A DNA stretch of 64,000 nucleotides from Botryllus schlosseri (lineage: Eukaryota), in NCBI GenBank assembly GCA_051294905.1, contig CM119372.1, forward strand, positions 19,222,001 through 19,286,000, read 5' to 3'. Shown piece after piece: positions 38,401 to 49,213 of the stretch. A model generated the notes under the pieces. The model made no database searches and was not told the DNA's origin. It saw only the letters and a program-made list of their open reading frames with translations. The position numbers were made by a program, and so were the translations under genes. The first letter of the stretch is position 1; every line of letters begins with the position of its first letter.

Positions 38401-41271
38401 CAATATTTGTCAACATGGATGTGAATCCACCCATGGTCATCCCATACAAAATGGCCATTCCAATTATCATAGCAAAGATGGAGTATATCTAAACAGATGA
38501 TACAAAGCTTTTGGAAGAGATTGACAATTATCCTTCATCAAAATGAACTTGCTTTTTCTCCGGGAGTGCTGGCATGAATGTCGCCATACCCAGTTGAAGT
38601 GGTGGTGGCGGAAGCCCAGTACAGACTCGTGATGTAGGTGTTGTGAAGAAAACTCATCTGCTCTCTTGCGCCTTGTACTGTATCTGTCGCACTCTCAACC
38701 CGTTCCAAAAGATCTAAAAGTGTACTAGGAAGCATTAACACACAGCATTCATAAAGTACTCAAAAAGGAATCAAGGAGTAATACACATATCTTTTTAAGG
38801 GTGTAATTTTTTCAATTTGGGCTATTTACCAGTAGCAGTGCATACATTTCAGTGGAAGATTTTTAGGGTGAGCATTGAAAAAATTTAGGATGAGGCACAC
38901 TAATTAGTGTGTAGAATACTTTACCGCATACACTTGCACCGTAATGATGGATGATAATTGGATTGTTCATATTAATGTCATTTGAAATATTTTTTGTTTG
39001 CCATCGCTACATAACTCTTTACCAAGGACAAAAAATAAAGTAAGCCTGCGATAAAGTCAATATAACGTGGAATGTGAATCAAATATCATCAAGGTAGCAA
39101 ACCTTGCGGCAAGATCATAATCCAGCTGTCGCTGCTACATAAGTTCAGAGTAAATCCCTCTGATCCAGCCCGGGAGCACGCAAGTCCATACCATCCACAT
39201 GCCAAGAAATGAATGAGAAGGGTGGAGAGCAGAGTATATTTTAGTGATCTGTATACAACAGTGCTGGATCCCGGCTCTTCCTCGCGTAGTCCTTGAGAAA
39301 AAAAGCAAGTATATTTACAAATGAATTTTATATTCATATTGAAATGAACCCAAATACTTTCGGCTGACACTCGACAGGGGTAATCGTCAGCAACTAGTAA
39401 AGAATTGGAAAGAACATTGTATATCAACAATCGTATCACAAAATATGACGTCACCAGCATGAAATGAGATCTCAAATGAGAGAGCATTCAATGTAGCCCT
39501 ACTATTTTAAGAATGGAGTTTGTGTATCATCTTAAAGGTATATGTACATTAGGGTTATGACTTGAAAAAAAAATTCAAAATTTTGTATATCCTGTAGTCA
39601 CAAATGAATTAGAAAACCGAGGATGGAGGGATAATTTCAAGTTTATCTATGAGCAGTGCAGAGCGTGCCGCTCTCTCAAAGAAAACAGTAGATTACCACT
39701 TATCAAATGGCATAAACTTCCATCTCTACGCAATGCGAGATGAAGCTCAAGGGTACTTCCAAATCCCCAGATGGAGAGTAACTCGGGAGATATCATGCAT
39801 ATTCATCGCAAATGCATGTCAGGAAGCCTGGTACTCTAACCAAATGTCTAAAGATGGAATATACTGGAACCCGACCGATTATCGGTTCGCCGATAATATC
39901 GAGAAGATATCACACTTTGAAAGAATTATCGGTATCGGCCATTGGAGCTGAAAAATGACCGGTAATTTTCGTGGCGTAACATGGCGGTAGGAAGTCAGAA
40001 AACAATAATTTTTGACCGCTAGACTAAGAATATTGATATACTTCATATAATATACACTTTACAGGTGTTCAGAAGCAGCCTTCCTAGTTTATTTCATATA
40101 TTCAAGTATAACAATGGCTGTAAAGATGTTCAAATAGATGCTCTGAAGCTTTGACAATGTGCTTATGTGTATCCAACTTCTTTCGAATATCGGCTGAATG
40201 TATTGGGGTTCTCCGTCAAGGTGTGAAATATCCGTTTTATCGGTATCGACCCAAAAATCCAATATATTGGTCGGGCTCTAGAATATACCAAAGATTACTT
40301 GCTGCTATCTTTGCACTCGAATGTCCTGCAGCGATAAAGTGCCTTAAAACCCTGTTGGAGATCGGATATGTCCGTTGGTTGCAGATGTCTCTAGCACTAA
40401 CATAATAACAGAAAAGGAAGTCAAATTGATGGATGAACTTTACGAGAAGTACAAAAGGACATATATTTGAAGATTAAATTTGTAGCAAAGAATATCTTTG
40501 AATTTTAAATTTTTTCAAAATTTGGACCAGTGTCGATAATTGAAATTAGTTTGTGCGGGACTTTTTTTCGATTTGAACAAAATAATCATAATATTATTAA
40601 TTTATACCAAAATGTTCATTATTTCCTGCTACAAGCAAAAAAAAATTTTTCAGGTCATAACCCTAATGTACATACATATATAATATGATGATTCAGTTCC
40701 CGGTGCGGTATATAAGAAAAGTAAACTTACGAAGGTAATACAGTACGTAATACATTCTGACGTATGCTTTCTGTCTGGCGGCAACATAGAATGGGCCATC
40801 GTCTCCGGGCACAACAAATCGAAGGAAGTTTATCGGAAGGTATCCAGCAAGATCCAGGTAAAACTGAATGCTTTTGTGGTAGCGTTCACGAACTTTCAAA
40901 AGGTTTCGTTCCTCCACACCATCGATCATATGCCCTGTACGGGCTTGCATGAACATAATAAAGGTGTAAAGGAAATCGGCGGATACAGAGAGATTGTAGA
41001 ATATTTGATTTGAGTCGAAGAAGAACAAGTACGAGTTCAGGTACTGGCACAAAACAACCAGGACGATGACAAATGTATTAGCTTGGCGCAAGTACCAGTT
41101 ATACCATGAAACAGTACTTCCCATAAAAGAGTCTGGTTCACTGGTTTCATGAACAATGTAGGCGCTTTTGGTATTCTTCAAATCATCGGTGAGTCGCTTA
41201 CTACTTTTCTTGACTGCCAGTGAGAGTTGATTGTCCAACTCCTCTTTGGAAGTTACTTGAACTTTAGCCAT
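8489..41271 (-). CDS. CNGK: Four-repeat cyclic nucleotide-gated K+ channel (CNGK / tetraKCNG type), 38 coding exons, ~2316 aa
   Basis: Exons assembled by hand from splice sites, with reading phase consistent across junctions: 41271-40731, 39291-39103, 38713-38553, 38488-38348, 38281-38111, 37656-37510, 37449-37272, 34673-34571, 34516-34287, 34060-33900 (acceptor uncertain), 31722-31560, 31499-31304, 31241-31084, 30769-30439, 29813-29679, 29619-29433, 28481-28221, 26742-26626, 26573-26371, 25832-25559, 24443-24147, 24086-23937, 22102-21875, 21366-21184, 20165-20011, 19952-19857, 19175-19061, 18997-18854, 16854-16723, 16665-16517, 15901-15712, 15297-15188, 15129-14993, 14459-14215, 13615-13482, 13052-12905, 9949-9812, 8641-8489 (sum 6951 nt). 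Four tandem units of S1-S6, pore (STGYGD, STGYGD, CVGYGD, STGYGD), C-linker and CNBD. The start ATG and any upstream exon are not confirmed. Confidence 0.9.
10918..11151. mobile_element. hAT-like MITE nested in a SINE-B copy
   Basis: TIR CAGAGGTGGTCA / TGACCCCCTCTG; perfect TSD gttactaa (10910-10917, 11152-11159). Confidence 0.85.
11277..12588. mobile_element. hAT-like non-autonomous element
   Basis: TIR CAGGGGTTCTCAAC / GTTGAGAACCACTG, GCGGGCCGC subterminal repeats, perfect TSD atttagat. Confidence 0.85.
13152..13197 (-). ncRNA. Minimal type I hammerhead ribozyme motif, copy A (CNGK intron 35)
   Basis: Minus strand reads GCUGAC GAUU ACCC CUGACGA G UGUCAGC C GAA AUUAUU C GGGU. Core CUGAnGA and GAAA are intact, stem I is ACCC/GGGU, cleavage triplet UUC; stem III is imperfect. 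Confidence 0.7.
17490..18436. mobile_element. Tc1/mariner (pogo/Tigger-like) MITE
   Basis: TA|CCGTAATTATCCAAGT ... ACATGGAAAATTACGG|TA; subterminal CATGTATAATACGCACCC repeats. Confidence 0.75.
19583..19627 (-). ncRNA. Minimal type I hammerhead ribozyme motif, copy B (CNGK intron 26)
   Basis: Minus strand: GCUGAC GAUU ACCC CUGACGA G UGUCCGC C GAA AACAUU C GGGU; catalytic core intact. Confidence 0.7.
22347..22606 (-). mobile_element. tRNA-derived SINE, family A
   Basis: A box TAGTGTAATGG, B box GGTTCGATCCC, shared core, and (TC)n tail at 22347-22360. Confidence 0.85.
22986..23776. mobile_element. hAT-like non-autonomous element
   Basis: Imperfect TIR CAAGGGTTGGCAA / TTGAGAACCAATG; TSD gtctgggt / gtctggga. 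Confidence 0.6.
27037..27978. mobile_element. hAT-like MITE with GACTCGAGTC / TGACT subterminal arrays
   Basis: TIR CAGTGTTGGGAT / ATCCCAACACTA; perfect TSD cattgtga. Confidence 0.85.
29870..30182 (-). mobile_element. tRNA-derived SINE, family B
   Basis: Same head and core as family A but a different 3' region. Other copies: 10745-11237 (-, interrupted), 45640-45947 (+), tail at 46590-46665 (+). Confidence 0.75.
31796..32984. mobile_element. hAT-like non-autonomous element
   Basis: Perfect 15-bp TIR CAGGCGCGTAGCCAG / CTGGCTACGCGCCTG; perfect TSD atggtcgg. Confidence 0.88.
35446..36854 (-). mobile_element. SINE family A split by a hAT insertion (SINE parts 35446-35586 and 36737-36854)
   Basis: The two halves rejoin into a complete SINE-A when 35587-36736 and one TSD copy are removed. 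Confidence 0.8.
35587..36736. mobile_element. hAT-like non-autonomous element
   Basis: TIR CAGGGGTTCTCA / TGAGAACCCCTG; TSD gcctagca / gcttagca. Confidence 0.8.
39348..39393 (-). ncRNA. Degenerate hammerhead motif, copy C (CNGK intron 1)
   Basis: Minus strand: ACCC CUGUCGA G UGUCAGC C GAA AGUAUU U GGGU; core A6 is changed to U, so probably inactive. Confidence 0.55.
39550..40665. mobile_element. hAT-like non-autonomous element (contains a nested MITE)
   Basis: TIR TAGGGTTATGACTTGAAAAA / TTTTTCAGGTCATAACCCTA; perfect TSD atgtacat. Confidence 0.85.
39865..40280. mobile_element. hAT-like MITE with ATCGG subterminal repeats, nested
   Basis: Ends TGGAACCCGACC / GGTCGGGCTCTA; perfect TSD gaatatac. 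Confidence 0.8.
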
Positions 41272-44239
41272 TGTGCCTTGCTTTCCAAAAGCTAGTTCAA
41301 TTGAGCCTGGGCCAAACCAGGCCTGTTGTTACACAATTCAATTGAGATATCAAATCATCACATCATCGAAGAGCAATAAAACTGAAAAGAAATATATAAG
41401 GTTGACACGAAATCATACCTGATGACAGATATACAAGCCTGCAACTGTGCAGTGTGCACCAATGATTGAGCTCATATTATTTCTATCATGAACAGGTACT
41501 GTAGTTTTTGTACAAGCAAGTATAAAACCTATTGAATGAATGCTCACTAACGTATTCTGGTAGGTGCCAAGTCAACACTTTATGAACAGGATAAAAATAA
41601 TGTAGCCCAGAGTTTCCCAACTTTTTTGGTGACGCATTGAAAACTGACCCAATGAAAACAAAATTCGGGAATTTCAAGATAGGCCTATATTAAACTGTTC
41701 AAAATGAACAAGACTGAAGTTATTTCATATGAACAATGCGCGTGTTGATTTTGCACACGTTATAAAGTCATGGTACAGGTTTGTTATTGGAAATACGCAT
41801 CTGGCAGTAGGCCTACCAATTAAATGACTAGGACAGTGCTTTTCAACCTTTTTGAGCTCCGTTCGCACTTTGTTTTGTAAAATAAATTTCATTCGCACAA
41901 ACTAATCGAAAATTAATATACAATAGATAGGTCTACTTAACAACATCTTGTTCAGATGTGCAACAAATTGACATCTATGTAGCTTAAGGTATCAAGTGTC
42001 TCATTAAAAGGGCAACTTTTTTCGCTCGTTTTGCTTTCAATTATTTCACTAAAACCCTTCTCGGCCAAACAACATTGTTGGGAATTTGTACAAAATCGTC
42101 TACTTAGGGCTTGGAGGGTCAGGTCTTAAAACTTGCTCCGCACTCCTATCAAAAATACAGCGTATTTTTCGCGAGCTGACACAAAGGTCCCGGGAGGCTA
42201 CAGTTTTTCGGAAGGATGAAAAACCCACATGTTTGTGTTGAGGCTTTTTCTTTATTTCTTTGGACCATAAGGTGCAAAATGATCAAGGAGAGTAGGCACA
42301 TTGGAGCTCGCTACCTGATGATACGTCGCTCCAACTTCTGTCTCGCAAGTTTATGTGAAGAGCAAATTAACTCACGATACTGTGTGTTCTACTCTTTAGC
42401 TCAATCTAACTTGAGAATTCATGACAGTTTAATAACGATAAAGCAGCGTTCAGACTACCACCAAAATCTGAGTTTTTGTGGCATCTCGCGACCCGAGCCT
42501 CACCCATGAAAAGGAATCTATTTTTATTATTAGTTGTATGCTACGACTTTACAGGCATGTATGACATACAGAACGCGTGCACCACAATTCTACCCAACAC
42601 AGCTCTACAAAACATGTCTGACGCACGCGAATTCAAACTAGGGCAAATTAACTTCCTCTGCGTATCGCATTTGTACGTACTACTGTCTACTCAGATTGCA
42701 AGAACGGGACTATTCCGTGCCGACAATGGAGCATATCCAATCCATCTCGAAAGGTTTGGCCATCCAGCATCGGTCATTTTTAGACCGAGTGCTAATCGTA
42801 CCGGGATTGGGATTCCAACCCGGCCTAAATCCTTCTTCAGGGCTGGACATTTCGGCACCATAACATAGAGATTGCCGTTTTCAGCCCATCTTTGGAGGTC
42901 ATTTTAGGATATGTTTCATCACTGCCACCCTTGCCCGTTTGGAATCGGTGGCAGGTGCTCCCCTGACGGCTTGCCGGGTGCCTTGCTCACTGCTCACAAT
43001 GTTCCTCATGAATTGGCGCCCCGTGCTCACCTGACAGGGAGGCTCTTGCTCACTGCTCACTGCTTGTCTTACCCACGCTATTCTCTCCATAGTTTTTCTT
43101 GAAGATCACTCTCGACAAAAAGTGATAGGGAGGATTTTCCTGCGAGTAAATCACTTTTGTGCGGGTGGCCTATGTATTTCTTATTGGCAATGGTGATTTT
43201 CTCGCAGGAAAATCCTCGGTGTCTCACAGGGAACGAGATTGTCTCACAGCAATTTCACCTGTGTCGAGATTCTCTCACAGCAAAATCGTCAATGTCTCAC
43301 AGGTAACGAGATAGTCCCACATCAAAATCGCCTGTGCTCACAGAGGAATCTTCAATGCTCCCCTGATATATCAGGCAAAACGTACCGAGATTCCAATCAG
43401 GCTGACCCTTGTAGACCCGGTCATATTTTTTTTCGTTGCGTGTTTGCCTAAATTATATGTCCTGGCACCACTGAATAGTCCAGAGTCCTGCTTGGTAGCC
43501 TACGTGATCAGGAATATGCAAACCTTAAATACTATATAGCATAAATTTGTTAGTTGATGCTCAGGGGCTCTGTCAGGGCCAGTCACTCAACAGAAGTCAC
43601 TTACGGTACCGACGTTACGCTCTGAAAAAAATGTCAGTCTGTTTGTCTACATACTGCCTCCACTACTTGGCCCTGGCGGCCTTCTGCGAGCAATCTATCT
43701 ACTGCATCACTTGCATCCACAACTCCCATACACTCATCTTGTTCTCACAGAATGTCCAGGCCTAACTCAGTTTTTGATGCCTCTACGAAATTAAGAATGA
43801 AATTGTGATACATCAGTCTGATGTGCCAATGTCGAAAATTGCTACCGTAAATCGTGAAATTTGGCATACAATTATACCATCGGGCATCGGCAACCCAAGT
43901 AGACAGACGTCAACAAACCTTCATCGTTAGAGTTCGATAGTAACAGGCCCAACGAACTTTGAGTAACTATGAGAACGCGCGAAACGAACATAGTTACGTC
44001 ACAGAGTCATTCATGTTTATGTGGTTACTCGCTTGACCACAGATAACGAGAACTGAGATAGATATAAATTGCCATTCCCGGCTCGCGGCTGTCCTGAAGA
44101 CAAACTCTCGATTTCGTACAATGAACAAATATTCAAAAAATACAATTACAGCGATACGACCACAGACAAGACTGTGGTCTGTAGTCATGGCTTAATGATG
44201 GTGCATCAATAATATCAAATAACTGACAATCAGTTTCAG

Positions 44240-44826
44240 TATATTATTATTTTCATCACTTCAAAACACCACAAAAATCTCGATACAATGAAAGATAGGA
44301 AGGCGCCGAAACGACTTGGAGTACATAGTCTTTGAGATAGGACAAGAACACCCACCTTGGCCTAGGCGAAGTAGTGAAGATGAGGCATGCACATTGCACA
44401 CTGCACAGTGCACTGTGAATGAAATGTAAAACAGATAATCTAAAAGGCAAGCGACAAAATGAGATGGCATGTGGCGGAAGGCGAGGTCGATGTGTTAGCC
44501 GTGGTCAGGTGATCCTGAAGGCTGACTAGCAATGTCCCCACTTCTGCGCACGTGCGCAGTCGCATTGCTGACGCGGTCTCTGCGCACAGAAAATCCAAGC
44601 TGCGCACAAAGTCCGAAGTGATGATCTCTTTTTAGTCGTTATGCACTGTTGTCGAAGGGTCTGCGCAGTGACTTGGTGAATGTGCGCAGACTCGTCAGAA
44701 ATTAGAGGGAACATTACTGACTAGTATTCGGAAGAGATTGCTTGTATCTCGACTTAAATGCGGACATACTCGACGGCTGTCTGATAGCCGGCGAGATGCT
44801 GTTCCACAATTGGGGCCCGGCATACT
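44240..44826 (-). mobile_element. CR1/L2-like LINE 3' end, interrupted by a MITE
   Basis: Minus-strand YAGPQLWNSISPAIRQPSSMSAFKSRYK resembles the C-terminus of CR1/L2 ORF2. The 3' UTR recurs at 45948-46580 (+, with AATAAA and a TTGA tail) and 34726-34865 (-). Confidence 0.7.
44530..44716. mobile_element. hAT-like MITE
   Basis: TIR CAATGTCCCCACT / AGAGGGAACATTA; perfect TSD ctgactag. Confidence 0.8.
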
Positions 44827-45354
44827 TAATAATCAATCAATCAATCGACAGATTATATTATAATCTGCGCAAGACACAGATACAATGTACAATGCTACAT
44901 ACAATAAGACACACAATGCGATGTAATGAACAGATAGGGGGCTGCCGAACGAACAACCAGTAGGGGTTTATTGAATTGGCATTCACTTCGACCTAGTGTC
45001 CGATCACACAGTCTTCTTCGATGTTATATACTCTTTCTTCGTCAGTCCTTTTTTTAAAGCTATTTCTTTCCCTTTTCCTTTATTTTACCAGACCACTACC
45101 TGACATATCGATCTCAGCTTCCAACACATGCCACCATTTATTGTCACCTGTCCTTTCATATTATTTTCCTTTACTTTTCATTCTGTGATCATGCCTCCTT
45201 TTTTACATCGCCTATAGGCCAGGTGGGTGTCTGATTTCGAAGACTCTACTTCCATTCGTTTCGACACCTTCCCCTATTTTTTATTGTATGACAGTCTTGT
45301 GATGCATTGAAATGATGAAATTTTATCCATAATTTGAATTGAATTGAAAATGTC

Positions 45355-45510
45355 GGTATGGGGAGTTGTGACGATAAGCGCCGGCTACCCGGTCGGCCCG
45401 GGTTCGATTCAGCGTCGGAGGTTTATCGGCGCCCCTCTTCCCACGCGTCTCAGTTTATTACGGCGACAAAAAAAAACAGAAAAAAAACGATGAAAGAATG
45501 CAACGCTCAC
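45355..45510 (+). mobile_element. Short tRNA-like SINE, family C
   Basis: B box GGTTCGATTC followed by GGAGGTTTATC and an A-rich tail; similar to 10085-10220. Confidence 0.5.
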
Positions 45511-46101
45511 GAAGGAATGGAAAGATCAAGAAAGAGCCGTGTAAAGAAGATCTGTGACATCGAACACTTGGGCCACTGGGCTAGTTTAAGTGACCGCAAC
45601 TGGTCTTTAGGCGAGGCTCCTCCCTATCGGTTAATTACATCTCATCGGCTTATTGATCGATAGGTCGTGGGTTCGATCCCCGACCGGGTCAGACCTTATA
45701 CCTGATATAGTAATACACACTGGTATATCCACGACTTCCCGCTTGGCGCTCATGCATTACTCTGATTACTGTGATAGCATGGAGGGGTGGTGCAAGACTT
45801 AGAAAGCCATAGAAGGCTATATCTGTAGGCCTACCTTGTCCAGCGGCATGTGCACATCATATACACTCAGGGATATCTAAAGCTTCTAGATATCCCTGCA
45901 TGAACTCAGTATGCATATGTGCAATATGCATGCACAGATCGTGTGTACTAGCCAGTCTTCAGGATTACCGGACCACGACCTAACATCGACCTCGCCCTCC
46001 GCCACATGCCACCTCATTTTGTCGCTTGCGTCTTATATTCTCTGCATTACTTTTCATTCAGTGTGCATATGTCTCTTCTTTACTTCGCCTAGGGCCTAGG
46101 C

Positions 46102-46442
46102 CAGTGGTTCCCAACGTGGGCGATTTGGCGGGCTAGGGGGCGAAAATGACGAAGGGGCGATAGGGGGGCGAAAATGGACAAAGGGGGCGACGGGGGCGAA
46201 AATGGTGAAGGCGGCGATAGGGGCGATGACGCGTCAAAACAGCTGACCTTTTTTTAGTCAACCCACGGAAATTTAGTTAGAAAAGTGTCAAATTATTAGG
46301 CTTCAAGTTGACCTTTTTTTTAGTCAACCCGCCGGTGATTATAGTTTGTATGCCCAATTTTCGGTACACAAAATTTTGGGGGCGATGATCGGTGTTGAGC
46401 TTGAAAAGGGGGCGATGGGTCGAAAAAGGTTGGGATCCACTG
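46102..46442. mobile_element. hAT-like MITE with GGGGCGA repeats, nested in a LINE 3' UTR
   Basis: TIR CAGTGGTTCCCAAC / GTTGGGATCCACTG; perfect TSD gcctaggc. Confidence 0.85.
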
Positions 46443-48702
46443 GCCTAGGCGAAGGTGGGTGTCTGATATTAAAGGCTACTCCAAGTTGTTTCGACACCTT
46501 CCTATCTTTTCATTGTATCGCAGTCGTGTGATGTTTTGAAACGATGAAAATATTAATAAACCTAATTGATTGATTTATTGTATAATTGTATCATGAGTCG
46601 GTGTATTTATGCCGCAAAAACGTTAAGAACAAAAGTAAACTACGTCCTTTTTTTCCTTTCTTTTTTTATCACATGTAGGCTAGGCCCTACTGTCAAGTAG
46701 CCTACATTGTGTGTCCTGTTCAGATGCAAATAAAATCTGATGATTATCAGAATAAGTATTACCATAACCCTTAAAAGGCTATGGTAATACTAGTGGTATG
46801 GTAGTACCATTTACTAAACATTCTTTGGGAAGGCCTATTAATTACAAAACAGCTTGGTGTTGTTTGGAAGCAATGATGAGCATTTGACGGATAGTTGTAA
46901 CTTCTGTTCAGGATACTGTTGGATGGTTGCGACCAGACGTCAGATCGACAACCAAACATGGACACTGGACAGTAAATATATTCTGAAAAGATTGGCAACA
47001 TTCTAAACTTGTTCTGTCAAAGGTCCAAGCAAATATATATCAGGCAACTCTAATATTAGCCTTTGTAAAAACTACTCGCAGCTCAGCTGTACATTGTACA
47101 TGTACAATCAACATTATTCGTCAAAGTTATTCGACTCGGATTTTTCGGATAGAATGTTCAAAATCACCTGGAAATCTAACTATCCACGCTTGTGTTTATC
47201 CAGACGAAATTGGTTAAATTTACACTTGAAAGATGACACACTTGATAATATTCTGATTTCCGGCAAAGTACAGATTCACACTTTTGGACTATCTATTGAT
47301 TTTGTGCCATAATGTTCAAGAACTGTATGCGCACTTTGCCTTGTGGCATCCACGAAAGACAATGTAAATCTTTTGCAGTATTGCATCCATTGTATATGTA
47401 CTATGCACTTGATCATAGGAAAGGATACGAATGTCGTATTTCCATCGTATTCCGCAGCAATGTCGAAATGAAGGCTACTTCCTGAATGAGTGTTCCCAAT
47501 ATAACCGATCGATTTTTCCCCGGTCGATGATGCAACGGCTCTAGATCAACTGCACATAACCCCATGGACATAGAGTTTATATTTGATGATGGGAAAGCAA
47601 AGATTAGTGACACTCTCAATATATATTCCCCGCCACAATATTTGGGACCTCTTCAGATGGAACGACTTGAAGCGAAGCCACGTACTTTACGTCCGGATGA
47701 AACTCCGGATTGCTAGCGCTGTTGGTGATGATTGTCTGCAATTTCGGTATAATGGGCGATTCTCCATTGCAGTTCGCTGGATTGGAATGACATCGGAATG
47801 GTCGTACTCCCACGGGAAATGTGTAGAATAAAGATTCGGTCGCTATGTGTAATCGTTACTTGATACACATTTGTTCAATTAACGAACGACTATTAGCAAA
47901 TTTGTCTGGGTGAATGCTAATGTATGTATGTAATTACTGGTGTTGTATAAACTGTATAGCATATTCACCAGAAACAGTGAACACTGAACAGTTTATGTAT
48001 ATACGGTACGGTGCATTTGGTTTTAGTCTATTATAGATACAAAGCTTTCAATCATCTGAGATTTAAACTCGAATATGTTGTGTTTTTGAGTAACGCAATG
48101 AATAACTCCCTTGGGGCTTGGGACAAACCCTGGTCAATGGAAAGTTATGTCTGTTTTCAGTGTTTCCCATCATCCCAGCCGAATTTAAGTTAAAAGATAT
48201 AAGTATATACCCTTGTGATCCACTGTTCCTTCACCTTTTTTTGATTTGTCGTCTGAAACGTTACTGATGTATAGTGAGTAGGCTATACTGCTACCAGTGC
48301 TACGCCTACGCATACCCTCCCTACATTGATTGGCCAGACTGAAAACTGGTTGTTTTCGTCGATTCGTTGTATGTGACAGAATAGTTTCTTGCATACAATC
48401 ATTTTGTTACTGAATCGAAAGTTGCGGGTGACGTTGCCAGGTTGCCGCCAATTCCACTCTAGCCTATTTCTACTTGTATAGCTAGAAAAGAAGAACAAGT
48501 TTTAAGCCTGTATGGAATCAGCGTCCTGTGCACACACAATTCTGTATTTTTTATTAAATTACTTGAACTAGGAGAATTATCGCTACTTACTTGTTATATT
48601 AGGCGAAACGTACTGAGAATCCAGCAGCGGTTTTAAGAACTTCTGATTTGATTACCGACATTACCGTATATCAATGTGCACTGTGCAGTGATTAGTGACA
48701 AT

Positions 48703-49213
48703 TAGGGCTGGGCACAATGATTCGAGTACTCGAATCTGAATCGAGTAATTATTTTAATGATTCGAGTCGAGTAGAAAAATACGATTTTTTCGAGTACTGA
48801 AATTATATGCTTCTCGCCGCGTGAGTTATTTTGTTGACGAGAGTTATGGTTTTGATACTATTTTTCACTGTGGAAGCCTTAAAACCTTGATTGGTCGTAT
48901 CGCAGCATACGAAACATGGTGCAAAGCTACGAACGTTGCTGGAAATAAAACATTTCTGAAGTCACGATCCCCCTACAACATTGTCACAAAGTGAAATGAA
49001 ATCGGTATAGGGTCGAAATAATACCAAAGTATCTTTAATGTGATAGATAACAGGCATTATATTGTTTGTGGTGGCATAAAAGGTATATATTTGAACAGTG
49101 ACATCTTATATGCTGTTATTACGTCATAATGATTGATACTCGTATACTCGACTCGAAGCATAATACGTGATTCAGAATCGAATCACTCAGGTACTCGTTT
49201 TTGCCCTGCCCTA
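48703..49213. mobile_element. hAT-like MITE
   Basis: TIR TAGGGCTGGGCA / TGCCCTGCCCTA; perfect TSD gtgacaat; truncated relative at about 7195-7560. Confidence 0.85.

Larger units (their letters stand above)
34571..41271 (-). other. CNGK repeat I (exons 1-8)
   Basis: S5 LLIHFLACGWY; pore YITSLYWASATTTSTGYGDIHAS; C-linker YFDYLWHRWEG; CNBD KLFGQILLVFDLPRINSIRC; C-helix EYPEAAKQFVEAARLK. Confidence 0.85.
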
